From NCBI GenBank assembly GCA_002269645.1, contig NIVC01001901.1, positions 124,001 to 188,000 on the forward strand: DNA of 64,000 nucleotides, written 5' to 3'. Numbering within the stretch: position 1 is the first letter of the stretch; each line of letters begins with the position of its first letter. The notes under the pieces were generated by a model, which ran no database searches, had not been told where the DNA came from, and saw only the letters and a program-made list of their open reading frames with translations. The DNA comes from Macrostomum lignano. Its lineage: Eukaryota. Positions 37,121 to 48,300 of the stretch are shown one piece after another. The position numbers and the translations under genes are program-made.

Positions 37121-37248
37121 AAAGTTTCCAACACTTCCAAAACGCATCCACCACACTTTCTCTCTTGAGGAGGGTGCGGCTTGCAGTTTTAAAAATATTG
37201 TGGAATCGTTGCTTGACTGAGTTGACTTGCATCTCCTAGTAACCGCGA

Positions 37249-37430
37249 TCAGACCAGTGAGTCCGGTCTGCTGGCTGTGACGCGTTGGGGCTGCTGCTGC
37301 TTCTGTTCCATCGGGGACCTCGCCGGGCGGCCGCTGGTGACGCTGGCGAATTTCAAGGTGGCAGCGCGCCCGGCCCCGGCCAGGCCTCCGACCGGTGCGC
37401 GCCTGTCGCCCGCGTTGCCTGGCCGGTGAA
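37249..37430 (-). CDS. TRHR: TRH-receptor-like GPCR exon 3 (C-terminal tail ending ...RPDSLV*)
   Basis: ATTCCAG acceptor (37432-37431); phase 1 matches exon 2; 59 open codons to TGA at 37251-37249. Confidence 0.7.
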
Positions 37431-37434
37431 CTGG

Positions 37435-37935
37435 AATTGATGAATTGGTGAATTGATGAATTGGTGAATTGGTGAATTGATGAAATGATGAATAGGTGAA
37501 TTGGTGAATTGATGAATTGATAAATTGATGAATTGGTGAATTGATGAATTGATGAAATGATGAATTGGTGAATTGATGAATTGGTGAATTGGTGAATTGA
37601 TGAAATGATGAATAGGTGAATTGGTGAATTGATGAATTGATAAATTGATGAATTGGTGAATTGATGAATTGATGAAATGATGAATTGGTGAATTGATGAA
37701 TTGATGAAATGATGAATTGGTGAATTGATAAATTGATGAATTTGTGAACTAATGAAATAGATGAATTGGTGAATTGATAAATTGATGAATTGGTGAATTG
37801 ATCAATTGGTGAATTCGTGAATTGATAAATTGATGAATTAATGAATTGGTGAATTGATGAATTGATGAAATGATGAACTAATGAATTGATTATTTGATTA
37901 AAGTGATAAAATGGATGAATGGATGAATTGGAATT
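37435..37935. repeat. (TGAATTGA/TGAATTGG)n 8-bp-based repeat in GPCR intron 2
   Basis: Directly visible. Confidence 0.9.
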
Positions 37936-38276
37936 GACCTCTACACTCCCTCAGGTTCTGAATTCAGCAAAAACTGCAGCGAACCCAGAATGACACTTCC
38001 TGGTCATTAACGTGCTCGGAAATTGCATTGAGAGGATTTAATTAACATCCGACTTTTCCTAAGCCCCCTGATACAGTGGAAACTATTCTTAGTTGACCTT
38101 CGGCGCCTTGTTTTGGTACACAATATAGTGAATAGAATGGCACTAAGTTCTTCATAAAGAGGCTTGGCTATCAGAGTATCGCAGTGTGAGATGATACTTG
38201 ACTGGTGCAGTGTAAAACTGAGACGCAATTATATTACTGTGCGAGACATACGCTACATCCACTGTTCCCTCAAATG

Positions 38277-38590
38277 CCACCTGCACCCACACCGCCTGCA
38301 CCCACACCACCTGCACCCACACCACCTGCACCCACACCGCCTGCACCCACACCACCTGCACCCACACCACCTGCACCCACACCACCTGCACCCACACCAC
38401 CTGCACCCACACCACCTGCACCCACACCGCCTGCACCCACACCACCTGCACCCACACCGCCTGCACCCACACCGCCTGCACCCACACCGCCAGCACCCAC
38501 ACCGCCTGCACCCACACCGCCTGCACCCACACCGCCAGCACGCACACCACATGCACCCACGCCGCCAGCACTCACACCACCTGCAACCAT
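38277..38590. repeat. 15-bp minisatellite (CCTGCACCCACACC(A/G)), about 20 copies, in GPCR intron 2
   Basis: Directly visible; source of the PPAPT / HPHHL ORFs. Confidence 0.95.
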
Positions 38591-38640
38591 CCAACCTTCA
38601 GTCTAATCAAGTTTCCGCCGCAAAGGCAGTACAAACTTAC

Positions 38641-38872
38641 GAATCCAATACAGAAGGCTGCGGAATTCACGCCGGAATTTCACCGACATGGCGTTGTAGA
38701 TGACTGGGTTGATGGCGGAGTTGACGAGGACCAGAAGGCGGCTGATCACGCGGTACCACTCGGAGACGATGCGATACTGCGGCGGTACAAAGCTGTTGTA
38801 GGCCACCATCAGGCGGTAGGGCAGCCACAGGATGGCGAACATCACCACGACTACGAATAGCATCTTCACCAC
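38641..38872 (-). CDS. TRHR: TRH-receptor-like GPCR exon 2 (TM6-TM7-helix 8)
   Basis: VVKMLFVVVVMFAILWLPYRLMVAYNSF...SRLLVLVNSAINPVIYNAMSVKFRREF closely resembles TRHR TM6/7 (LWMPYR, NSAINPVIYNLMSQKF); CACAG acceptor at 38874-38873, C|GTAAGT donor at 38640. Family call by eye; orthology unproven. Confidence 0.85.
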
Positions 38873-39265
38873 CTGTGTTGAGTGGCGATGGTGATGGCTG
38901 AGTCTGAGTTATAAGGAACTGCATGGGATGTGCGGTGAAATGGGTGCATGGTGTGGGTGCAAGTAGGGTGGGTGCAGGTGGTGTGAATGCAAGGTGGGAT
39001 AGAGGGTATGGACAAGGATGTAAATGGAGAGGATGCTAATAGTTGGGGTGCTGATGGAGGGGTGCTAATGTAGGAGGTGCTAATGTAGGGGGTGCTTACG
39101 GAGGAGGTGCTAACGTAGGGGGTTTAGCGAGTGGCCGACTTCAGCGCCCACCCCAGCCTGGGAACACCCAAGCTTAAAAGGAATTAAACTATTTAAAAAA
39201 TGTTTCATCTCTGCTGATTTCCAAGTTCCTCAAATATTGCAATAAGCATTCAAATCTCCGTTGCG

Positions 39266-42170
39266 ATGAAACGTAGAGCCTCCGGGGCTGAAAACAGACG
39301 CAAGAAAAAGCTTCGTCTTCTCGAGGAAAGCGCCAGAAGCACAGTAGGAATTAGCACTTTCCTGAGCAAAACTTCTGGGCATCCTGCTGCTAAATCTGGC
39401 GCCCCTGCTGCTGTTGAATCCGGCGCCCCTGCTGCTGTTGAATCCAGCGCCCCTGCTGCTGTTGAATCCGGCGCCCCTGCTGCTGTTGAATCCGGCGCCC
39501 CTGCTGCTGTTGAATCCGGCGCCCCTGCTGCTGTTGAATCCAGCGCCCCTGCTGCTGTTGAATCCGGCGCCCCTGCTGCTGCTGAATCCGGCGCCCCTGC
39601 TGCTGTTGAATCCAGCGCCCCTGCTGCTGCTGAATCCGGCGCCCCTGCTGCTGTTGAATCCGGCGCCCCTGCTGCTGTTGAATCCGGCGCCCCTGCTGCT
39701 GTTGAATCCGGCGCCCCTGCTGCTGTTGAATCCGGCGCCCCTGCTGCTGTTGAATCCGGCGCCCCTGCTGCTGTTGAATCCGGCGCCCCTGCTGCTGTTG
39801 AATCCGGCGCCCCTGCTGCTGCTGAATCCGGCGCCCCTGCTGCCAGAGCCCATGCTTCTACTGCTGATACTGGCAGGGGAATCTGCATGATCGACTTGGG
39901 TTTGCACGTTGCTGGTGGCCCTCTGAGTGAACACCTGAATGACCACATTCGTCTTAAGCTGCTTGACTCTGCCTGGTCGCCGTCAGCCAACTACTCAATG
40001 CCTTACTCTACGCGCATTGTAAAGGGCAAACCTGAAAAGCGCTATCTAAGACATGAGCACCTGCAGAAGCACAGCTTTCTAGCCTTCTCAGAAGCTCGAT
40101 CTGGGCTTTTCTGTCGGTTCTGTGCGCTTTTTGGGCCAGCGTCTGGGGATGTACGCAACCAGCAGCTCGGCTTCCTAGTGTCAAAGCCCTTGAGTAGGTA
40201 CGACCGTCTGTTTGGTGCAAACGGCTGTCACCTCCCATGCAGCAACAGCGTATCACCAAGATGCTATGGCACGCGCGGCCACCTTCAAGCAGCAAGCAGC
40301 AGCTCGCATCGATGTGGTGAAGCAGCTGGACGAAGCGCGGCAACGACAGGCAGCAGAGAATCGAAATCGACTGCGGCCAATTGTGAAGACGCTGTTGCTC
40401 TGTGGAAGACAAAACATTCCACTTCGCGGTCACCGCGACGATGGCCCGCTTTCAAGTGGCAACTCTGACACGAGTGACGACAATTCGATGGTTTCAGGCA
40501 GCGGCAACTTTCGCGCTTTACTGCAGTTTCGTGTTGATGCTGGTGACGAAGCGTTGGAGAAGCATCTCAAGAATTCAGCAGCAAATGCAACGTACATCAG
40601 CAAGACAATTCAAAAGGAGCTCCTCGAAGCCGCTGGTTGCGTGATTCAGGAAACTCTGGCCACCAAAGTCAATGCAGCAAAATGTTTTTCTGTCCTCATG
40701 GATGAGACGTGTGACAACTCGAAAAAGAAGCAGATGTCAGTTGCTGCATGCTCGGTACGTCGATGCTGACTGCACTCTCAGGGAAGATTTTCTCGGATTT
40801 GCTCATGTGACCGATCAGTCCGGCTCAGCACTCGCCGCTGCATTGTTCAGTTTTCTCGAGAAGTTGGGCATCAACTACCACCTACTCGTAGGTCAAGGCT
40901 ACGATGGAGCCGCTGCAATGCGGGGTGAGTTCAATGGAGTTCAGGCACATCTTCGGCAGAAGTGTCCAGCAGCGTACTAACATTCACTGCTCCAGTCACT
41001 GCCTAAACCTTGCACTCGTTCATGCCTGCAAACTGCCCCAATTCGTAACGCAATGGGAGTTATAGGAGAAGTAACAAACTTCGTCAATTCATCGGCAAAG
41101 CGGCTTGAGCTCTTTCAAAGAGTTACATGTACAGCAAGTGGCTCGTGCAGAAGCCGTCGGCGGAAACTGCTAACCCTCTGCGATACTCGCTGGGTCGAGC
41201 GGAATGACGCCGTGCTCGTGTTTTTGCAGCTTTTCGCATCAATTGTGGAATTTCTTGATTTCTGCGAATCCGCCTCCGATTGCGATCCAAGAACTGCTGC
41301 CAAGGCGCAGATGCTGAAGGCCACCTGCACAATGCCGAACTTCATCGTGGCGCTGCATATGATGGGCGAGGTGATGGCAGTAATCCGGCCTCTGTCCAGC
41401 TTCCTTCAGAAAGTTAGTATCGATCTGTTTACAGCAGGCAAGCACATCGAAAACGTTCGTGTCACGCTGGAAAAGATGCAGGCAGAAGCCAGCACTGCCT
41501 TCAAAAGCATCTGGTCGTCAGCGTCCGAAGCTGCAGCTGAAGCGGACGTAGAGCTGCGCATCCCTCGTCGTAGAGGCTGTCAGCAGGGGCGTGGTGCTAG
41601 CGAAGACACGCCGGAGGAACACTTCCGTGCTGATGTGTACGAGCCATTCCTACAGCACATTCTGTCTCAGTTCCAGCAGCGCTTTGGGGACCAGGCCCAG
41701 CATGATGTTTTTCTCCAGTTAACATGTTTGCTTCCGAAGTACGTCCATTTATACGATGTCAAAGACTTCGAGCCTTTGACAGACTGTCGCAGTTCAGCAG
41801 CTTTGTAGACACCCATGCAGTTGTTAGGGGCGAGTTTGCCTGCTGGAAAAGTATTTGGGAAAGGTCAAAATCTGTGGCTGCAGCCGACACTGCGATTGAG
41901 GCGCTGGCTAACTGCGATGCTGCATTTTTCCCCAAAAACATTTTCGCATTGTTGAAGATTGCTGCAACTTTACTTGTCTCAACTGCAACTGTTGAAAGAT
42001 ATTTTTCTAGTTTGCGACGCTTCAAGTCGTATTTGCATTCTACCATGCAGCAGGACAGACTTGTCAGCCTGGCTCTGTTGCACACCCACCCTGAGGTTGC
42101 AGTGACTGCGGATCAGGTGATTGATCAATTTTGCAGAAGTGGCTCACGCCGTAAAGACGTTGTTATTTGA
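39266..42170 (+). pseudogene. hAT transposase (ZMYM1/THAP12-like family: TTF-type Zn finger, DUF4371-like region, dimerisation domain) with at least 4 frameshifts
   Basis: LFCRFCALF; PLRGHRDDG; GNFRALL; catalytic FSVLMDETCD, GQGYDGAAAM and STATVERYFS; IHCSSHCLNL; TRWVER; RLVSLALL. Breaks near 40225, 40750, 40980 and 41790. Confidence 0.9.
39395..39845 (+). repeat. 24-bp in-frame repeat (ESGAPAAV)n, about 19 copies, inside the transposase N-terminus
   Basis: GAATCCGGCGCCCCTGCTGCTGTT units. Confidence 0.95.
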
Positions 42171-42204
42171 ATTTTCACCCTTTCTGCAAGCATCCGTCTT
42201 TTTG

Positions 42205-42530
42205 CCAGCTATCACTTGCTAGCTATCACAACTAGCCATCACTTGCTAGCTACCACAACTAGCCATCACTTGCTAGCTACCACAACTAGCTATCACTTGC
42301 TAGCTATCACAACTAGCTATCACTTGCTAGCTATCACAACTAGCTATCACAACTAGCTATCACTTGCTAGCTATCACAACTAGCTATCACAACTAGCTAT
42401 CACTTGCTAGCTATCACAACTAGCTATCACTTGCTAGCTATCACAACTAGCTATCACTTGCTAGCTATCACAACTAGCTATCACTTGCTAGCTATCACTT
42501 TCTAGCTATCACAACTAGCTATCACTACGA
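42205..42530. repeat. CTAGCTATCAC(AA/TTG) repeat in the transposon 3' non-coding region
   Basis: Alternating 13/14-bp units. Confidence 0.9.
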
Positions 42531-43149
42531 GCTGCGCGTGAATTTTTTATAAAGCTAGCTAAGTTAACAACTGGTTAATAAAGCTTGCATTGCAATTGAA
42601 CCTTTTAATAAAGCTAACAACTATTCACATTTCATAGTCAATATGACAATATGTCTTTCTGGCTGACATTCAAGTAGTGCTAAACACATCACTTGAGACT
42701 TAGCTATTTAATCATTTTTCCGATTTGCTACACGCATAGGCCTTAGGGCTACTTTCATTGCAGCTAAATGACAAACTTAAACTACCACACAGCAAGAAAT
42801 TTACATTTTGTGTAAAGTCAATTAGCCATTTAATTTATATTGCTTTGCATGTCAATAATTATCACAAAGGACATTGAGAAGAATATACCTAAGGACTAAG
42901 GTGCTAGGTGCATATGGCGCCCCTCTATAGCAGTAGTGCGCCCCTTGTCCGCCCCCCCCCCCGAAAGGAATCCTAGATCCGCCACTGCATGACACAAACG
43001 GGACAGAAGCACTAATGATGTTTGCCCATCCAGCCTGCGCCCAGTGTCCGATTTCTAAGAAACAGCAAAATCAAAAAGGATCAGATTTGTTTACAAAATT
43101 CGAAATCGCTTGGGAAATGGGATAAAATGTTGTTACATAGGAGATCAAC

Positions 43150-44150
43150 TGAACATGCGAATTAACTGTTACACAGGGGAATCAACTGTTAGACACTGGG
43201 AATCAACTGTTAGACACTGGGAATCAACTGTTAGACACTGGGAATCAACTGTTAGACACTGGGAATCAACTGTTAGACAGGGAATCAAGTGTTAGACACA
43301 GGGAATCAGCTGTTAGACACAGGGAATCAGCTGTTAGACACTGGGAATCAACTGTTAGACACAGGGAATCAACTGTTAGACACAGGGGAATCAACTGTTA
43401 GACACTGGGAATCAACTGTTAGACACAGGGGAATCGACTGTTAGACACTGGGAATCAACTGTTAGACACTGGGAATCAACTGTTAGACAGGGAATCAAGT
43501 GTTAGACACAGGGAATCAGCTGTTAGACACAGGGAATCAGCTGTTAGACACTGGGAATCAACTGTTAGACACAGGGAATCAACTGTTAGACACAGGGGAA
43601 TCAACTGTTAGACACTGGGAATCGACTGTTAGACACTGGGAATCAAGTGTTAGACACTGGGAATCAAGTGTTAGACAGGGAATCAAGTGTTAGACAGGGA
43701 ATCAACTGTTAGACACTGGGAATCAAGTGTTAGACAGGGAATCAAGTGTTAGACAGGGAATCAACTGTTAGACACAGGGAATCAACTGTTAGACACTGGG
43801 AATCAAGTGTTAGACACTGGGAATCAACTGTTAGACACTGGGAATCAACTGTTAGACACAGGGAATCAACTGTTAGACACTGGGAATCAACTGTTAGACA
43901 GGGAATCAAGTGTTAGACACTGGGAATCAACTGTTAGACACAGGGAATCAACTGTTAGACACTGGGAATCAACTGTTAGACACTGGGAATCAGCTGTTAG
44001 ACACAGGGAATCAACTGTTAGACACTGGGAATCAAGTGTTAGACACAGGGAATCAACTGTTAGACACTGGGAATCAACTGTTAGACACTGGGAATCAACT
44101 GTTAGACACTGGGAATCAACTGTTAGACACTGGGAATCAACTGTTAGACA
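43150..44150. repeat. ~19-23 bp minisatellite (GGGAATCAACTGTTAGACA(CT/CA))
   Basis: Directly visible. Confidence 0.95.
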
Positions 44151-44249
44151 GGTTACTATCTAGACAGCCGCAATGGCAGGAAAAGCGGCTGTGGAGTACC
44201 GCTATGCTTTATGAAAATATTTATTTATGACTGGCCCTGTCAGTCGGGG

Positions 44250-45900
44250 TGTCTGAGCAGCACCTGCCGAGCTGGAACCGCAGTTCGAGTTGAAGCAGTT
44301 GCTAGGGATCGTAGGCTGCACAAACTCATGTCTGCCTAGTGCGTATGCATGCACAAATATCTGGACAAAAGTGCAAGCGCTTGCTGCAATGTGAACAAAT
44401 TCGAAAATCCGATTACAGGTTGCTGCAAAGCTCGGCAGTTTGCCATCTTCCTTGAGTCACCCCGACTCCAGAACGTCTTATCGGAGCCTTCCATGGCCCA
44501 ATGTTCTGTGACGCAGCTGGGCAGTGCAAACAGGGGGTGGGAGATCGAGGCTGCGAGGGGGGAGTGAGGGAGCAGCTGTGGTACCCAAGAGGGAATCGGG
44601 GAATTCAGGGGGAGGAAATCTGGGGAATCATAGGGAGGGAATTAGGGGAATCAGAGGGAGGGAATCGGGGCAATCAGAGGGAGAGAATTGGTGGAATCAG
44701 AGGGAGGGAATTGGGGAATCAGAGGAAGGGAATTGAGGGAATCTAAAGGAAGGGAATCGGGGGATTCAGAGGGAGGGAATGGGGGGGAATCAGGGGGAGG
44801 GAATCGGGGGAATCAGAGTGAGGGAGTCAAAGGAATCAGATCGAGGGAATCGGGGGAATCAGAGTGAGGGAGTTGGGGGAATCAGATCAAGGGAATCGGG
44901 GGAATCAGATTTTGAGGGAATCGGGGGAATCAGAGGGAGAGAATTGGTGGAATCAGAGGGAGGGAATTGGGGAATCAGAGGAAGGGAATTGAGGGAATCA
45001 AAGGGAGGGAATCGGGGGATTTAGAGGGAGGGAATGGGGGGAATCAGGGGGAGGGAATTGGGGGAATCAGAGTGAGATAATCGGGGGAATCAGAGTGAGG
45101 GAGTCAAAGGAAAGGAGTCAAAGGAATCAGATCGAGGGAATCGGGGGAATCAGAGTGAGGGAGTTGGGGGAATCAGATCAAGGGAATCGGGGGAATCAGA
45201 TTGAGGGAATCGGGGGAATCAGAGGGAGGGAAACAGGGGAATCAGAGGGAGGGAATCCGGAGAACCAGAGGGAGAGAATCGGGGGAATCAGAGGGAGGGA
45301 ATTGGGGGAATCAGAGGGAGAGAATTGGGGGAATCAGAGGGAGGGAATTGGGGGAATCAGAGGGAGAGAATTGGGGAATCAGAGGGACGGAATTGGGGGA
45401 ATCAGAGGGAGGGAATTGATGGAATCAGAGGGAGGGAATTAGGGGAATCAGAGGGAGGGAAGCAGGGGAATCAGAGGGAATTAAGGAATTCATTGGAGAT
45501 GTTAATCTATCAAGCAAGTCAGGAATGAAACCAAGAGGGGGTAAAGAGGCTGGAGAATCTACCAGCAGGCTGATGTCGATGTGATTGTCAATAATTAACA
45601 TATTTTTGCGAACAGGAGCATCGTGAAAGAAATCCTTTTCCCCCTCTGTTCGGCGTGAATATTTCAGGCGATGGCGGAGCAGAGCAGACACTCTGAATAG
45701 CATATGACTCCCGGCATGCCAGTCCCGGCTGAGGGCGCTCGCACCCACCGGCAAAGGGCCAGTCTTGGCTTCAGTTTCCCTGACTGAGTCCCTGGTAAAC
45801 CCCACAGTTTCCCGGTGGCAGCTGCCGAGAGAAATGCCTGGGCAAACACTCTCAAATGGATGAATTGGAGATCCTGACCTCCAGAAATCTGTGACCAATT
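44250..45900 (+). mobile_element. Possible highly degraded Ty3/Gypsy pol relics flanking a minisatellite
   Basis: FELKQLLGIVG and LQNVLSEP resemble the RT connection region; AYDSRHASPG...SCREKC resembles an integrase zinc finger; many stops, by-eye similarity only. Confidence 0.25.
44560..45480. repeat. Purine-rich GGGGAATCAGAGGGAGGGAAT minisatellite
   Basis: Directly visible. Confidence 0.9.
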
Positions 45901-46074
45901 TTTTGCGCTGTCCAACAGATATGAGAGACTTCAGAATGCTACATTTTCTTAGAAATTTCCACGAAAAAAGTATCAATATTGAACAAGTTTATTTGAATTG
46001 GACTCAGCCTTGTTGTTTTGATGGTTAAAAGTACATTCAAATGAGTCTGTTTTGGATGTTTTTCTACCCAATGA

Positions 46075-46635
46075 AGGACACTGAGGGAGCAGCGGCATCA
46101 CTGAAGGACAGTGAGGGAGCAGCGGCATCACTGAAGGACACTGAGGGAGCAGCGGCATCACTGAAGGACACTGAGGGAGCAGCGGCATCACTGAAGGACA
46201 CTGAGGGAGCAGCGGCATCACTGAAGGACACTGAGGGAGCAGCGGCATCACTGAAGGACACTGAGGGAGCAGCGGCATCACTGAAGGACACTGAGGGAGC
46301 AGCGGCATCACTGAAGGACACTGAGGGAGCAGCGGCATCACTGAAGGACACTGAGGGAGCAGCGGCATCACTGAAGGACACTGAGGGAGCAGCGGCATCA
46401 CTGAAGGACACTGAGGGAGCAGCGGCATCACTGAAGGACACTGAGGGAGCAGCGGCATCACTGAAGGACACTGAGGGAGCAGCGGCATCACTGAAGGACA
46501 CTGAGGGAGCAGCGGCATCACTGAAGGACACTGAGGGAGCAGCGGCATCACTGAAGGACACTGAGGGAGCAGCGGCATCACTGAAGGACACTGAGGGAGC
46601 AGCGGCATCACTGAAGGACACTGAGGGAGCAGCGG
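46075..46635. repeat. Near-perfect 30-bp minisatellite (CTGAGGGAGCAGCGGCATCACTGAAGGACA), about 18.5 copies
   Basis: Directly visible; starts about 55 nt after the GPCR exon-1 donor. Confidence 0.97.
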
Positions 46636-46690
46636 CTGTACAGCGGAATCAGGTACAGCCCAGCTTTGCCAAACTCAGGATGATCCTCAC

Positions 46691-47488
46691 CTGGGCGCGA
46701 CTGCGCAACGACCTGGCCGTGTTGAAGGTGCGGAGCGGCCGCATCGGCTGGCCGGACTCGGCGCTTGGAGCTGACGATCGGAACAGCACTCTGGCCACGG
46801 CGGTGTACAGCACGCTGAGCAGCACCAGCGGCGCCAGGTAGGACAGCAGCAGGTCGCCAACGTACAGAGCGGCGTATCCGGGATCTGTCCGGTTCAGCCG
46901 ATGGCCGCAGGCGGACACGGTGTCGTTGAGCCGCCGTACCGGTACCAGAGTGGCCAGGTAGAGCCAGGGCGAGTTGTAGGCGAGGCCGCACAGCCAGATG
47001 GCGCAGATGATCCGCTTGGCCCGGCGCACGGTGCACAGGGCGTGCGCCCGCATCGGCCGGCAGATGGCCACGTAGCGCTCGATGGAGAAGGCCGTGATGG
47101 CGAAGGCGCTGGTCTTCACGGCCACGTAGGTCAGGTAGACGTTCAGCTTGCAGCCGGGCACGCCGAGCAGCAGCCAGTTGTCGCGGACAACGTTGAGCTC
47201 TACCAGAATGGTGACGGAGCCGAGCAGGAGCACCAGCAGGTCGGACGCGGCCAGCGACACCAGGTAGCAGTTGGTTGGCGTCAGCAGCCTGCTGCGGACT
47301 CGGAGCACCACCGCCACCACCAGGGCGTTTCCGGCCACACCAATTAGCAGGGCGGCCGAGGCGACCATCGTGACGAAGGCTCGGATTGGTACATCGTAGT
47401 ACTGGCTGCCCTGCTGCTGCTGCGGGCCAGCCTCCGGTGCTGCATCAAGTGTAGCGTTGCTGCCGGTGATGGGCCTTTGCTCCAGCAT
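46691..47488 (-). CDS. TRHR: TRH-receptor-like class A GPCR exon 1 (N-terminus, TM1-TM5, ICL3)
   Basis: NAT glycosylation site, GNALVVAVV (TM1), TNCYLVSLAASDL (TM2), ITAFSIERYVAICRPMRA (TM3), IWLCGLAYNSPW (TM4), YLAPL (TM5); CAG|GTGAGG donor at 46690 joins exon 2 in phase 0 (RSRAQ-VVKML). Confidence 0.88.
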
Positions 47489-47964
47489 TGCTTCTATTAG
47501 CTCTGGCGCTATCTAGCTGTATGGTTTGCTTTGCTTTCTAATTTTCCTTTAATAACTCTAGATGAGCCTCTATATACATGTAAGTATCTACTCTACTCAG
47601 GTCGCGCTTGTCCAATTGGGGCCGGCCGACTCGGGGGCGGCAGCTCGGTCCTTCGAGCTCGACTCGGCCGCTTGTGTTGCTTTGAAAAAATCTCTGACTC
47701 GAGCAGTTCCGCTGGGAGGCGGGGTAAGAGGGAAGTTGACGAATTTGAGACGGCAATAATCAGTTCGGAGCAGACTCGCTCGATTAGAAATTTAGTGCGA
47801 GGAACACCGGCTCAGCGCCGTCGCTCATCCGCCCAGGGACTGTCGCCGCAACCGCCCGGGTGCTCCGCTGGGAGCCGCGTGGGCTCTGTTTGGGGAGACG
47901 AATTTTGGCTAAGCCGATCGAGGGATTTAGTCTCATAGTCTGAACTGACTTGTACTGCTCCTGC

Positions 47965-48300
47965 AGCCATAGATTAGCAATCCAGTATTCTAATCGTATC
48001 TGTAGACCATAGATTAGCAATCCAATATTCTAATCGTATCTCTAGACCATAGATTAGCAATCCAATATTCTAATCGTATCTCTAGACCATAGATTAGCAA
48101 TCCAATATTCTAATCGTATCTCTAGACCATAGATTAGCAATCCAATATTCTAATCGTATCTCTAGACCATAGATTAGCAATCCAATATTCTAATCGTATT
48201 TCTAGACCATAGATTAGCAATCCAATATTCTAATCGTATCTCTAGACCATAGATTAGCAATCCAATATTCTAATCGTATCTGTAGACCATAGATTAGCAA
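47965..48300. repeat. 40-bp array (AGATTAGCAATCCAATATTCTAATCGTATCTCTAGACCAT), about 8 copies, at the edge of the big satellite
   Basis: Period 40 (48011, 48051); shares TAGATTAGCAATCCA with the 121-mer. Confidence 0.95.

Larger units (their letters stand above)
39129..42987 (+). mobile_element. hAT-superfamily DNA transposon, antisense inside GPCR intron 1
   Basis: Transposase ORF; right TIR CTAGATCCGCCACTG (42973-42987; reverse complement CAGTGGCGGATCTAG); only a degenerate left-end candidate (GAGTGGCCGAC at 39129); no TSD match. Confidence 0.8.

Noticed and set aside
38152-38703. Extensin-like (PPAPT)n or His-rich ORFs
   Set aside because: 15-bp repeat inside GPCR intron 2
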